NCBI RefSeq assembly: GCF_000150275.1
Contig: NW_002060944.1
Location: 1,945,815 to 2,009,814 of the forward strand
Direction: 5' to 3'
DNA: 64,000 nucleotides
DNA from: Trichoplax adhaerens
Lineage: Eukaryota > Animalia > Placozoa
Of the stretch, positions 13,052 through 26,881 are shown piece after piece. The notes beneath the pieces are model-generated. The model did no database searches. It was given only the letters and a program-made list of their open reading frames with translations, and had not been told where the DNA came from. The position numbers and the translations under genes are program-made. Numbering within the stretch: position 1 is the stretch's first letter; the number at the start of each line of letters is the position of its first letter.

Positions 13052-16000
13052 CTATACACGATTGTAAGATCTTATGTCAAGTTTTTTAGGGTTAGGGTAT
13101 TGTGGGTGCTCAATAACGCCTTCACCAAACTTCAATTCCAAGAATTTAGTATAATTATTCGGCGCAGATACCATCATTCCAAGAAACCCTTTAACAAACG
13201 TCATAACGGCAAGTTAGTTTTTAGTCCATTTTATAAAAATACGTGCAAGTCAATCTAATCATAATTATTTACAAATTTTTTGTAATGGTTTAATGAATTG
13301 AGTTGGAAATTTCATATCCTGCTTATGTGTCTTAAACCAAGTATCCTTAGTCATAAATCCGTTCTTTTCATAAAACGGAAATAAATCTAATTGAAAGTAT
13401 TAACCGAATGATCAATATTACGTTACTTGTTTCGAAGTGAACTGAGCTCTTACCGACATGCATATGGTTTTGCTGGCTAAATTGAACACGAAAGAATTTT
13501 CCTTCCGTAGCTTTTTCCCAAACGTAAAATTGCTTATCTGTTACAGAAAGTTTTCTTCCTGTGTGAAGCGCGGCCAAAGTATCAAACTAGTGCATACAGT
13601 ATATAGGCATTAAAATCTTATTACATCCCTATACGGCATATGTGCTCAACAGATGGGAATTATAGCAGATAAATCCATGCTAATTAAATGACTTCTTACG
13701 CAGTATCTTTTCACTCACTTTGGCGATATCATCCTGGTGTATCCCAATATCGACATCGTAATCCCAGGGTATAATTTCCCCATTTCGGACAGCACCGAGG
13801 AGAGAGCCGCCCTAAAAACCGTCGATCACAATTATTATACTTCTTAGTAAAAGACAACCTAACTATAACTTCATTATGTCCATAAGTCTAAGATTTAATG
13901 CTATTTTCTTACTTCTAACCAATATCGAATCCTAAAGCGATTTAGTATATTAAAAACATGAATTGCAGTCTCCCGTAGAGCTCCTTTATATGTATTATAA
14001 TAACATTCAGTATCTGCTTTAGCTCAAATATTTACTAAAGTATTGCTGAAGTTATGGATATTGTACATGATGATAACGTAATTTATTTGGTAAAATTTCG
14101 ATACTTATGCAGCACGGAGGAGTCCATAAACCGTCATATAAATAAGAAGGGGTATCATCAATGACAGTTTTAAAACACCTGGAGGTGAACTGAGAACAAA
14201 ATAACATGACATACTGCTAAATAATTAATTGACTACGTTTAATATTATTTTTCATCGCGATAAAATGAAGTTTTAAAACAAGTATCCTTAATTGTTACCT
14301 TGTTGCAACCGAGCCATTCTATCTCGCCGTCGATACCAACAATTTTCTTAATCTTGAACCTATGATAAATCAAATTAATATTTCCATTTCCATAATCCTT
14401 CATTTTGATAGATTGATAGTACCTCTGATACATTGTTTTCCTTCGCTTCTCAAATAATGTCTCATGTTTTAGCCTTAAACGATAAATAAACAGTGTAGTG
14501 ATTAACTGTAGATACATTAACATATATGTGTTGCTATCAAAACATTTACCTATTGTGAGGGTCATTAAATAATCCTTTATATTTTGTGAAAAAGATTTTC
14601 TTGTTTATAACGGTTTTCATGTTTCTAACAGCAGCTTGAATAAAAATACCTTCAAAAAGGGAAGTGAAACCGCTATAGAAGCTCTAAATTCAGTCTCTTT
14701 AGACTATTCATATTTCCAACTTTAAATAAACTACGGAATCTACCAGTAGGATAAGGACGAACCAACGGTACCGTAAAATTAAATAACACTTCACGCTTTA
14801 ATAGTATCGCCACATTGCTAAATGTGCCGTCACATAATAAATAGCCTGACCAGAAAATAAAAAGATTAATAGCAAATAAAGAAGTATGATAATTACAATT
14901 CATAAATGCTATAAAATCTTAATGCGATATCTTACTGTCACTAATATCCTCTCGATCTTTACCATAAGAAATTGTCCATTGTCTATGTAGTATAAGCACA
15001 AGAGTAAGTAAGTAGTCTGAACAAAAATGCTACCTAGGATCATAACCGTCAGAATTTTACGAAATCTACTAATTTTAAGTACAAAGTGAATGCAAATTAT
15101 TTTACCTAATATTAGGTAAAATAGATATGCAATCTTCCTTCCTGAAAGATCCATCAGTCATAGCAGAAATTTGTACTTCCTTCATGATTTTTTGTCCATC
15201 TTGCAGCGACCAAAACAGAGAAAATAATTTATATCTATCATCAAGTATTAAACCATCTGGCACCACCATAACGAACTGTGTGGCAATATATCTAAATTAT
15301 TTTTAAAATTTGTCAAAATATATAGCATCCTATTAGTTCTACAGGTGAATAAGTCTTACGATAATTGGTAAAAATTTTCAAATAGCGTTACAGACGATAG
15401 AATCTAGTTCTTGAATAAGATCGAATCCTGAATCACTCTTACTTTTCAACAAGCAATGCTTGGTAAGGGGTAGCAATAGAAGCATCAGTATTGATAAGCT
15501 AGTGGCATGTCAAATAAACAATATCAAGCAATGGTCCCAACACAAAATTAAATAGCGATGACCAATAAGATTTGCGTATCTACTATTAATTCACTTTAAT
15601 TCTCTCTACAGTAGAAATGTTCGAATGCTTCTTTCAGTGATAACATACAATAGTTACAGTATGAAACAATTAATTCGTTAGCACAGCTAATAGCTAAGAC
15701 ATGATTAAAGAGGCAAGCAAGTATGGCATCAAAAATACTTAGTATGGTATGTAGATATTCCACTGTAATTAAGAATACATATGACCATGTACCTTTACGT
15801 TAGGGCTATTAAATTGCAAAGGCGGATAGGGATTTCCGTGGCAGACGAGGAGTATGTTGATATTAGGAAAGAACTGCAGAATAGACTCCACCGTTTTCAA
15901 TAAGTTATTTTCGAATTCCTCTGATAGAAGCACTCAATTAGATAATATTTTACATTTATTAGTGCAACTGTTTCATCAATCATTAAACAAGATACGATCT

Positions 16001-16100
16001 TTGGCAATAAAACATCTCCATAACTAACCGAATTCGTAAATTATAACCGTAACCAAGTCTTCGAATGATTTATCCATAACGGTATTGCCATATTTTCCTA
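13052..16100 (-). CDS. FKRP: Fukutin-related protein (LicD-family ribitol-5-phosphate transferase); 5' end and TM exon unresolved
   Basis: Spliced exons give [117 protein letters not shown] and [24 protein letters not shown]. Stop TAG at 13052-13054. Confidence 0.92.
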
Positions 16101-16949
16101 AGTCTAGTCATAAATTGCGTAAGCATTTATACATAAGGTAATAATATTCCTTTATCTTGAACATTACATAATATATACTAATAGGATGCTAACAAATAAT
16201 AAGATCATTTTAAACATTTAATCTCCAAATTTCAATATAATTATGAAAATGACTGCAATACAGTACTGTATGCATGTTATGTCAAAATTTTAGCATGGAC
16301 ATAAGAATACAGTACAACTTTCTGTTACCAATATCACATTAAATTAAACGATTCATATATAAATGCATTATAAATATAAAAGTCTTCACATTGTTAAATT
16401 ATCTCATAATTATCATTGTCACATACTGTACTTGCACTTGGCAGTGAAACGTTGTTGCTTCGCGTATCTTATTGCACTGGATAAACAACCAACAAGCTTT
16501 ATTCGAATGAGTACATGTAAGCGTACTACATCATGAATGTACGTACACTACGCACTGTATGTTATATTATGTACGAAATATAGAAACTAAGATCTCTATT
16601 GTATCTATAAGTATACTCGTATTTGTCACGCTGAATATTTTGAATATCAATAACTGCAGTAATATTTGGGTATCTTCAGAATTATATCTGAAAAAGTATT
16701 CTGATAGTTATTCGTCCGCACTAAAGAATCAAATCAATTATAATATATATATATATATATACATAATGTATGTATATAAATGTTCGAATGCAGTAATAAT
16801 TTTTTCATATTTACAGTTAATTTCGAGGAGTTTCCGTAAATGATGTACCTTTCTCAAATGTAGCTTTTATATTAGCTTTCTCTAGTTGATTTTGAATAAA
16901 TAGGAGATTAAAAAAGATTAGCATGCTAGTTAATACGACAGCTTTAACT

Positions 16950-17623
16950 GTAAGTCTTTTCCCCTTCGTGTACAAGCATCCCATTCTATGCAGTTGTCCC
17001 CATTTGCAGGATTCGAAGAGCTACCACACTAACCACAGAAACTTTGACTGTGAGGTGTAAATAAAACGGACAGTACTGAACTACTATTCTAGAAACTATT
17101 TTTGGTATGATCACTCTTGGATGGACAGACACTTCCGGCTTCATTTCGTCAAAATATTGTGTCAAACACTTCGTTATGACACTACTTTAGTATGCAGATT
17201 ATCGATTTTGAATTTACTGATTTTTTCTAAATTGAGTAATACTGTATTACGTGCAGCAGCGTTGTTGATAATGCAACGTTTAATGATATACATCAGACAG
17301 AGTGTGATGCATTCTAGAGATCCTTATTACTTTATTGTTCTTAGAGTCTCTTCAGGGTCGCTAATGCACGCAATTCAGAGTTAAAATGGGTATAAACAGC
17401 GCAAAGTTAAATAAATGCTTTGTTGTCCGCAATATATTTGAAAAACTGGAGAATTTATTGAAGATCCAGTCTGACGTTCTTCAAGCCAAACTTTTGCGCC
17501 ACATTCGCTACATTGTTCATTCATTCTTTGCAATTGATGCGGAGTAACGATTGTACGCGGATTTCTGCCTATGGAAATCGTGCTAATAGCCAATCTACGT
17601 CGTTCTTTGCCTTGTTGCTTCAT
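16950..17623 (-). mobile_element. Degenerate Helitron Rep/Hel fragment
   Basis: ORF 17381-17623 has H-x-L-x-x-M-x3-CxxCGAxxWxEE...S..NSPVF..(C/Y)C, which resembles the N-terminal Zn-finger-like region of Helitron Rep/Hel proteins. Downstream frames are broken by stops, and the left boundary is approximate. Confidence 0.6.
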
Positions 17624-18161
17624 TTCTTATACGGCGGTGAAATGTATTCTAGACGAATAGCAAAGTGTATCATGTGCATCAAACATGAAACGATTTCACT
17701 AACTGTAGACTGGTGCTGTAATAGTCTTTACGGTAATATTCACTGTATAAAATATGCAAATCATCCGTCATCATAAGCGTAGTAACTAACTGTAGCCGTG
17801 AATACAGTATAGCGACGGATAGAGGGCTGGGTGCTCGGTTGAGCAATTGACTCTTGATATTTTTATCACTTTATATCGCAGTATTGAATAATTATATTTC
17901 TTTAAAGTTTCTAATGCAATCTATCAGTCGCTGTTAAGTGTACGGTCGCTCCAACTATTTTACAAGTCACGTCGTAATATCGGTCATATCTGTTACTAAG
18001 TTCCGCTTGGAGACAGTTATTGTAGAAGATTGTCGATGTACCAAAATTAGTATACCAATGATTTAGAGAACAGACAATAGCTTTTAACATCCGGTCTCTT
18101 CGCTAACATTTTAATGACTAGTGTACAGTACTGTACACAGTGTACTGTACACTGTATTAGG

Positions 18162-18286
18162 AGGTCATCCAGGATTGATCGTAATTACTGCAATACTTTG
18201 CTGTTGATGCTTCGAGAAGACTTATAAAATCTAGAAAGCGCTCTAAACAAAGTATTGCAGTAGTTATGACCAATCCTGGATAACCT
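18162..18286. mobile_element. Fold-back/MITE-like element with 39-bp imperfect TIRs
   Basis: Arms 18162-18200 and 18248-18286 are reverse complements at 35 of 39 positions. Confidence 0.65.
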
Positions 18287-18349
18287 GGTGTATAATATAC
18301 TGTACTCTTATTATCAACTTGAAGTCGCACTATCCAAGCGTATAGTATT

Positions 18350-18470
18350 TCGTGGAATTTCTATTGGTTTCACTAGAATAGATTAATGTTATAATCAAAT
18401 CGTATTATGCGATTATCTCTATTAGCTTGAAATTGCGCTATATTCCGTGGAATTTCCACGGGTTTCGCTG
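18350..18470 (+). mobile_element. Two tandem Helitron-like 3' ends
   Basis: CCGTGGAATTTCCACGG-gtttcg-CTGG|T at 18444-18470, and a decayed copy CGTGGAATTTCTATTGG-tttca-CTAG at about 18351-18376. Confidence 0.5.
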
Positions 18471-20171
18471 GTTATATTATATTATCATACGCGTAGTCAC
18501 TGTCAAACTGAGTAATTGTAAAGTAAAAGCATGAGCTTCCTTAATCTTTTCCCGAAGTTTATGGCGAAATGTAACAAGTACAGTAACAGTACAGTACAGT
18601 AGACTCAACCATGTTAATAAGCATTTCTTGCAGCAATTTACGCGATTGTTTCGAGCAACAAAGTCCATATTTCCGCTTACTATTGATTATATATTATCCA
18701 CGAATCGATTATTCAACGCTAGATGGAGAAAGATGTTTGCATTTACAATTTCAAGTCATTAAAGTATCGAAGTTTTGGACTATAGATATAAACCTACTTT
18801 ATACACCGTATAATATGTTCGGAACGCTACAAAAACTTTTCTAATCTCTTTGGCTAGCTTTGATTTAAGTCTTCGGTATATTTTACTGCATACGCTTGAC
18901 TTTTGCATTGAAAGAATATGCTAATTGCTGGTCACTTTGGATCAGATTAGAGTCTCTAAATATATTAATCAGCATTACTCTTGCAAGATCTATAAATAAA
19001 GCAAACTTTGCTCATCTTTCACTTAAGAAAGTTAGGCTGGCGTATTCGATATCATCGACTATTGTAAAAACCTAAAAAGTAAGCGGCTTATTACTCATTA
19101 CAGTATAATTATATACAGTACAGTATCTCAACGCCAAAGCATTGTGTAGCTATTCATGAAATCCTTATTTTTGTTAATTCTAGAGTTAATTCAAGGTATT
19201 AATAGTACACCGCGAAAGTTGAAAACATGATCCATAATTTAACTAGACGCTAAATAATTAAGTAGATGTTCAGTACGTATATGTACATGTTGCTGGTGTT
19301 ACTGTTGCATCTATATAATTATTCGATCTACTGGCAGGCTTTTGAGAGATGGATAAGCCGATAAATCCTTCCAACTTACATGAATAAGAAAATTAGTTGG
19401 ATAGCAAATATCTTTATCACTCTACGAGTGCTCAGTTTACTGTTACTGCAGTAGTTGATTTCTTAAGCCGTGAATGACCGCATAATACGAATTAGCAATT
19501 CGAAAAATATGTTTTTGTTTCGGATATACCGATTTCCTCAATGGGGAGTATTGTGATGTAAGATACGCTAAGTAACGGTTGGTATCAATTAGAAGCTAAT
19601 TGTTTAACTTCGTTATTGTAACCAAAATTTCGGCTTTGTACATAGCTACACAGAGGAATCTTAGCGTTAGCCCGCCGATAGGAAATTTAATACTGTCTTG
19701 TAAATATTATGCGAGATCGTTTCTCTTTTATTTATTAACTCTTTGTTAGATTCTTAAGTTGGCTTGCTTATTTGCAATAAGGTATTCGTCTGATAAACCT
19801 ACCAACTATTGTTAGGTAATTAAGGAATCTATATGTATAGAAGTTTCTGTTATAATTCATTAATTATAATTATAATTAGCTATAATATCGCAATACTTAT
19901 ACGGTGAAATATATGAATATGCGTAACATTCTGCATGAAATATTAAAACAATGGAGGCGATTTCTAGTACATTAGTGATTGCTTCTTCTAAGACTGCCAT
20001 ATTTATACAGCTCAAGTTCAACTATTCTAGGCATAGTTTCAGATCATTCAGAAAGCAAGTGGATATATAATTATCATTACATACAGTAGCAAAATTTGCC
20101 TTTAAAGGATAACAGAAGATACGCAATTTTGATAGCTTAAAATATATTTTTTACGATTCTAGATCTTATGT

Positions 20172-21968
20172 TTATGATTTGCTATTACCGTTGCCCGAAG
20201 CAAACTTAGATTCTTCATCGAATGGCGGTTTTTTGTCTTGACTGCTTTTAAGTAATTTCTCTATATCTCTGTAATAATAGCAAAGAAGTCAACATTGTAA
20301 TTGCGGGTTTGTGGAAAAAAGCAAAGCCAGATAGCTGTAGCGGATATATCGAAGGTCACAGAATAAATAGTACTCCATAGTTCAGTAATCCGAAGTATTA
20401 CAGTATTTTCTTAATTTACTACGTAAATACTGTATAACTTAAAAAGAACTGCCTGTTTTGAAAGCGGTAGCAACTAGCAACCAGCAGCTGAGGTTACAAC
20501 GTTAATTGCCTGCTTTCATATAATTTCTCATGACGTACCGATACTGCAAGTAGACCTGATCAAAATCTATGACATTATCGTGCATTTTGGTCAGGTCTAC
20601 TGCATACTGTATATGTAACGGTATGTTTTCTCTAATTAAATAGTGAATTATAAATACTGTTGCTATTCACTAGATATTGTTATATATGTAAGAATACAGT
20701 AGCCTGTTGTACTGCACCGAATGTGTTGTCATAACAGTCCATGAACGTGACTACATAGACCTGACAGACTACATCAAACAATAAAATAGAATACAGTACT
20801 GTACTGTATTAAAGTTGGCCTTAATGTTTCGTAGCCCTGATTGCTATCTTAAAAAATGTTTATTATTCATACCACGATAGGTAAGTTACTAGCTGCCGCC
20901 TGTAAAGCTAGAATACGTATCTCAATTTCACCTAACAATATAATTACGTAATTTACTATACGTATTTGCACGATCCCACCCTCGTACCTTTATTAAAAAC
21001 TCCTAGCTTTATACTCTCGAAGACTGATTGTATGGTGGGGCATCTACAGAATCTGCAGTATGAATGCAAGCTAGGAGCGCGTGCAAGGTTCGGCAGTAGT
21101 AATAAAAGAAAGAAAGAATAATAATAATAATAAAATACGTATCTACTGTACACTCAGTGTACAGTATGCGAGAATTGCGAATGCAGCATTTACTGATAAC
21201 TGTATGATGGACTGTACACTGTACAGTACAGTAGTATATTGCAGAACTATAGAATATGCTCTAGCGTACAGTAGGACACTGGCTCATGTAAGACTTTAGT
21301 ACAGATGTACTGTACAGTGTACACTACTGTACAGTACAGTAGTTACCGACCCTAATTGCAATGATGTCACTATTAATCAAGTCTTACAGCACTAAAGGAA
21401 TTTATTGTACAATTTAATTTGTTGCAATATTACAGCATCATGCAACGCAAGAAATTAAAATTAATTTGTTGTATCAACCCTAGTATATAGTACATTATGA
21501 TCTACCACATCCTGTGCATCCTTACATTTTGCTGTCGTAAAACCATCCTTTATTATCGGAAATGAGGTGTAAATTCTGGCAATTTTCACAACGAACTATA
21601 ACGACACCGTTCTCGTACGCCTGTCTTGAAAACACCTTAGTGGATCTACTATCGCAAACTTTGCATGTAAATGTTAAGGATATATTTTTATCAATAAAAA
21701 ATTTTTGATTTGTAGTCTTATTTTCATCGATAAATTTTGAACATGTTTCGTTTAATCTATTCTGATCCAATCTATTTTTCGTGGAACAGCTCTGACAACG
21801 ATGAAATATCGGCACTGCTACTTGTGGAGGAGATTCACATTCTAATCGCTTTAGTAGCGAGCGAAGTGGGTTCTTCAAAAGGGGTAAATGGACTCTTCCA
21901 GTGAAATATCGGTAATAGGTACTGACTGTGACTATTTTAACTCTTACAAATGATTTAGTTTGATACAT
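20172..21968 (-). CDS. DNLZ: DNL-type zinc finger protein (mitochondrial Hsp70 escort, Tim15/Hep1)
   Basis: Exon 21968-21526 has a basic, presequence-like N-terminus and [37 protein letters not shown]. It splices in phase 2 to exon 20268-20172 (IDIEKLLK..*). The start codon is uncertain. Confidence 0.88.
20550..20600. repeat. Small inverted repeat with TAGACCTG ends, in the DNLZ intron
   Basis: GTAGACCTGATCAAAAT...ATTTTGGTCAGGTCTAC (16 of 17 bp). Shares its terminal 8-mer with the 44333-45753 element. Confidence 0.7.
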
Positions 21969-22079
21969 TTTGTAATTCACTGTATTTCTGTAAATGTAAA
22001 TTAAGCGCTCTTTTAGGATAGTTAGTTACTAATGCGCAAATTGCAGCGTTTTGATAAAAAATCCTTAATTTAGCTACAG

Positions 22080-22570
22080 ACTTACTGTACTGTACAGTAC
22101 AGTACAGTACACAGTGTAAGTACAGTACACAGTGTAAGTACAGTAAATATTCAATAACGAACACATTGACGTTCAATACTAGTCATCCGACACCTCTCTG
22201 CACTTAACATCAACAGTACTGTACGTACAGTACTTTTACGCTTTTACAGTAGAGAATACTGGTACTGTACTGTACAGTACACTTAAAGTACTGTACTGAG
22301 ACATACTGTACTATACTGTACACACGCATAGTTAACTCTATGCACAGACGTTATTCGTTAGTGTTTACTGACGTCACAAACCCTATGTGCACTACTGTAC
22401 CGTAATACTGTACTGTACTGTGCAGTACAGTATGAAAAAGAAAAGAAAAAGACTACAGTACTGTACTGTACCCGAGAACTTGTAGCCTACTGTACAGTAC
22501 CGTACAGTACAGTAGTATCAGAGTAAAAAGGACAGTAGACCTCACAGTACATAGTACAGCAAATACTGTA
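22080..22570. promoter_or_regulatory. Pentamer-rich putative bidirectional promoter, DNLZ/UBE2S
   Basis: ACAGT/ACTGT arrays fill the ~1 kb between the divergent starts. Promoter function is inferred. Confidence 0.5.
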
Positions 22571-22944
22571 ATCGTAACAAAAACATTCAAATTTTAAATT
22601 TTTAAACGAGCAACGATTTTGACGAAATACAGTATTATGATTCTTATTAAGTTAACGTAAAACGCATGTACGTTAGATCTGCTATTTATTTGTGAAAATA
22701 ACTTTGGAGTAGGCCATACAGTACTGTACCCTAGCTGTTTGAAGGTGAAAAGAAAAACGACGCAACTGCACAAATTAATAATAAGTAACTACTGTAAATG
22801 CGCATATTTATGAAACAACTATAAGAGTACATACAGTACAACAAGAAAGATCATTTAAGATAGTGCTTCCATTGAGAACGACTTTTAGAAGACGTGCCCG
22901 ATCAGTTTTGGCGAAAGATTCGTACTTTATTGAAAATTAACTTA

Positions 22945-25004
22945 ATGGCTGCGGTAAATCTAAACAGTACTTACTACTTACTAACTACTATTTATATTAA
23001 TTATACTGTATATATATAAAACATATATACATATATATATCTTTCGTTATTTGTCTTTGAGTTATGGTAATTTTCTTTAGTATGAGATACTATATCGATG
23101 CACGCTAGCTAATCTTGGCTAATATTTCATTCGAACCGATTGAGCCGATAGCGCCCATTAGATACTCTACGCAAATGAATCAGGGACCTTCATTTGCACT
23201 TTTTTTTGTAGATTATACAGTATTATAAGGTCTATTTTTTTGCTGGCTACTCTGTGGTCATTATACTCATAGACATGAATTAGCTTTGGTAAGGAAGAAC
23301 TTAATGTACTGTACTGTAATACTAGATGCACAAATTTCGAATCGAATCGTAGTTGAACGCTAATATTCGTATTATAAAATCAATCAATCTAAACGCCAGC
23401 TAATTTTTAAATATTTGTTAATTAAATTCTACTTTACAAAAGAATTTATTAGGTCAGGCTCTACCGTCTGAAATTGTTAAGCGAGTTATAAGAGAACTCG
23501 GAAATTTGATGTCTGATCCACCCGAGGGAATCAAAATCTTTCCTAATGACGGTGATGTCACTACTCTTTACGCAGCGATTGAAGGACCAGGTATGATACT
23601 ATGTAGTACTAATGCATTAAGAAATAATCATATGTATAATACAGTATGTACAGTATAGCACTTACGCGTATTCTACGTAAACATGTCTTACCAAATTATA
23701 CCCTACTTAATAGCTACATAAATTCGTAACTCCACTATCGTAACGTACAGTAGCACGATAGCAATGACTATAATTTCTACTTTACTTCATTGAAGCTTTC
23801 CAGACGTAACAGATTAATCAGAATAAAAAATTGTTTCATAGTACGGTACATTGTGTTCAGATACTTAATAGATTTAGAGACCATCCAGAACTTATCGCAA
23901 TTACTTAATGTCAAATCATACAATATGAATGTAATTTATAATAAATTAACTTGCTAACGAAGTATTCTTTAAGTCAAATGTTAATATAGGGATTTACGAA
24001 GATTTTATTTCCTATTATTTATGTGATTTATGTTACGATTATATTATAAAATATTTGTTAATTTATATTTTAACTCTTCGTTAATTCAATGTTACTAAAA
24101 TATGTATTCCATGTAATAGTTGGAACTCCTTACGAAGGTGGAATATTCCGCCTAAAGTTGATGTTGGGTAAAGATTTCCCAATGGTACCCCCTCAAGGTA
24201 TAAACCCATTGACTATTGGACCACTAGTGTAGATGTAATATTAATTGATATCAATACCATTTATAATACTGAACGAATATGTGATAGCAAGCATAAGGTT
24301 TCATAATTGCATTGAAACATCAATGATACGCGTATATCACGTTACCTCTTAAACAATATGTAGACTTACCTTTCTAAACGATTGGCTGTTAACACGGCCA
24401 TTTTCGGCAATGTAACCGTTAATATCTATCAGTTGGGTTATAAATATGTGTTGTAGCACTAATTAAATTAGTTCACTTATGCAGTTCTAAATTTATTACA
24501 GGGTATTTTTTAACTAAAATATTTCATCCCAACGTCGCTCAGAATGGAGCAATTTGTGTTAATACTTTGAAGAAAGATTGGAAGCCTGATTATGGAATCC
24601 AACATATTCTACTGGTACTAATTATAATTATATCCAAAGTGATCATGTAGCAAACACAATCTTCTGCTAAGTTGTAAATCAGCTATAACTTGTGTGTGGA
24701 TAATACTGTATAATTATTAAATGATACTTTTAAACTCTTCCAGACAATCAAGTGTCTCCTAATTGTTCCAAACCCAGAATCGGCTTTAAATGAAGAAGCT
24801 GGTAGGTTATTACTAGAACGTTATATTGATTATTCACATCGGGCCATGATGATGACCGAGATACATGCTATGGACTATAAGAAAAACAGCCTTTCGGAAA
24901 ATGTTGATCCCGCAAAGGGAGAGATAGCAACGAAAAGATATTTTGAAGAAAAGAAAGTTGAAAGAAAAACTAAAGACAAAAAAAGGGCATTAAAGAGATT
25001 GTAA
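22945..25004 (+). CDS. UBE2S: Ubiquitin-conjugating enzyme E2 S
   Basis: Exons 22945-22953 (tentative), 23458-23590, 24120-24197, 24502-24613 and 24744-25004. [49 protein letters not shown], and the diagnostic basic tail [12 protein letters not shown]. Confidence 0.95.
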
Positions 25005-26881
25005 CCTATAGGAATATGAACCTTCTGACCTTTTATTTGTTTTACGAAAGTACATATGCTATTACAGAATCAAGCTATTGCCTTATTTTACTCATGGGTA
25101 GTGACTATTTCAGCGGACATCGTGGTAATCTCTTAACACTGTACTTATGATCCATTAAATCAGCTTTACCTAAGACTTAATTGTTATTTGACAGATTTGT
25201 CATCATGGAATACTATGTATTATGCATGTTTATTTAACTTTCACACTAGATCTAGCTCATTCTTAAAAATTTTGGAAATAGTTCGCTTATAATAGCAAAA
25301 TATAAATGAAAGATTAAGATTTTGTACAATTCTTTAAAACTTTGCAAAATTTAAATAGTGCAGTGTACGCTGTTAGTGAAACGTAGATCATTTCGTAAAG
25401 ATTAGTGAATGATCTATTATTAAGAGAATAGGAAGGATCAGCGAACGAAATTTGAATCCTTTATCTGCTTCTTGGGACTCTGTCGTGATTACATGTTCTT
25501 CGAATCTGCCGAAACCATAAGGCATATATAAAAAATTTTACAAAAGTGCGTAACACTGTAAATTTCGCCTTTCTTATCGTATTTTAATGTTAGTATAGAT
25601 ACGTATGGAACTGTAGACTTCATGGCCAAGTATCACGAAAGCAGATATTTTATTTAGAGCGCTTGCGTATGCTGTATAGTATTTAATAACGATCGAATGC
25701 CATTATGTGCGTTCTGAAACAATGCACTGCACACCAGACCTGTTGGTACACTGTACTAGTAACACACGGCGAAGAATTTTCAATAAAACAATTCTACTGT
25801 CTCCGATGGTCATGCTTTTATTCGATCAGGACATTCTTTTGTTTCTTAATTTCTTTTGGGTCAGCAGTATAAAACATGACGCTCATTTCGTTTTACCCTG
25901 CTTATCTGTACAAGAGCTGTTACTATAGAAAAAATCAGTGAGTTATTCCGAAAGAAAATGTAATTTACAGTAAATACGTACGTATTTTCTTCACTTCATC
26001 ATTAGTCATCTATAAGCCGTAGCATATTTAAAGCGATTTTACGATCAAACTGCGAACTAATACACTTCTTGCATTTAATAATACATACTATACATGTGTT
26101 ATATATAAATTAATAATTACGAATAGCAAATCTGTACTGTATATGGAAAAAAAGTGGTTACGTTATACATTAATTTGCATCAGTAATATGCAGATTTCAC
26201 TATATGTTTTTTTGCAATTACAGTTTTACTCTATAAAACTTTGGTCAAGTTGAACTTCACTCTACATAAAAAGTTCAAGCACTACCATGATTTGCAATAT
26301 CTATCATAGTTACAATAAATAATATCATATTCTGCACATTCAACTTCCATCACTTTTACAGTTATTTCTTTCAATCTTTACGTACCGCTAGCCGTAGCAC
26401 GTACTATGAAAGTCACATGCTGAAGGGTAAAAGAAATGAAAGGTTAAAGAACTATGAATCACTTAACATAAGCAAGATGTAAATCTTTGATTTTTACTGA
26501 TAGCTTAATCCCTAAATGCTATATATACGCGTATATAAGGATAGATAAGAAATACGCAGCATGTAAAATTCGTTACTATGAAAATAAGCTGAAGCGCTAT
26601 ACAGTACTGTAAATTTATTGATGAACATTCAACATTTTGCAAATGAGATTGAGAAACTCGATAGCTTCAATAAGGCTTTACTGTGCAATCACTCCTCCCG
26701 CTGTTTCGGGTATCTGCAAAGAAATTTCAATAATTTAGGTCCTCTGGTCAACATGAACCCTCATGATTTAATAAATATGTGTCCTTTCAGAGTACTATAG
26801 TAGCAATAGCCACCAGTATTAATCAAAGATAAAAGATTTAATGAGAGTAATTTAATATGTTCTTTTAAGTGAATTTACTGT

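Noticed and set aside
13086-13097. TTAGGG pairs (also near 46191)
   Set aside because: Only two units; the first is FKRP coding sequence (YPNP).
18477-18668. Candidate FKRP first exon or TM (also a hydrophobic stretch near 16170-16217)
   Set aside because: I could not find a phase-consistent splice to the 16100 exon, so it is left unassigned.
25400-26880. Exon-like segments downstream of the TAB1 stop
   Set aside because: Frames close quickly and show no homology; at most a spliced 3' UTR.
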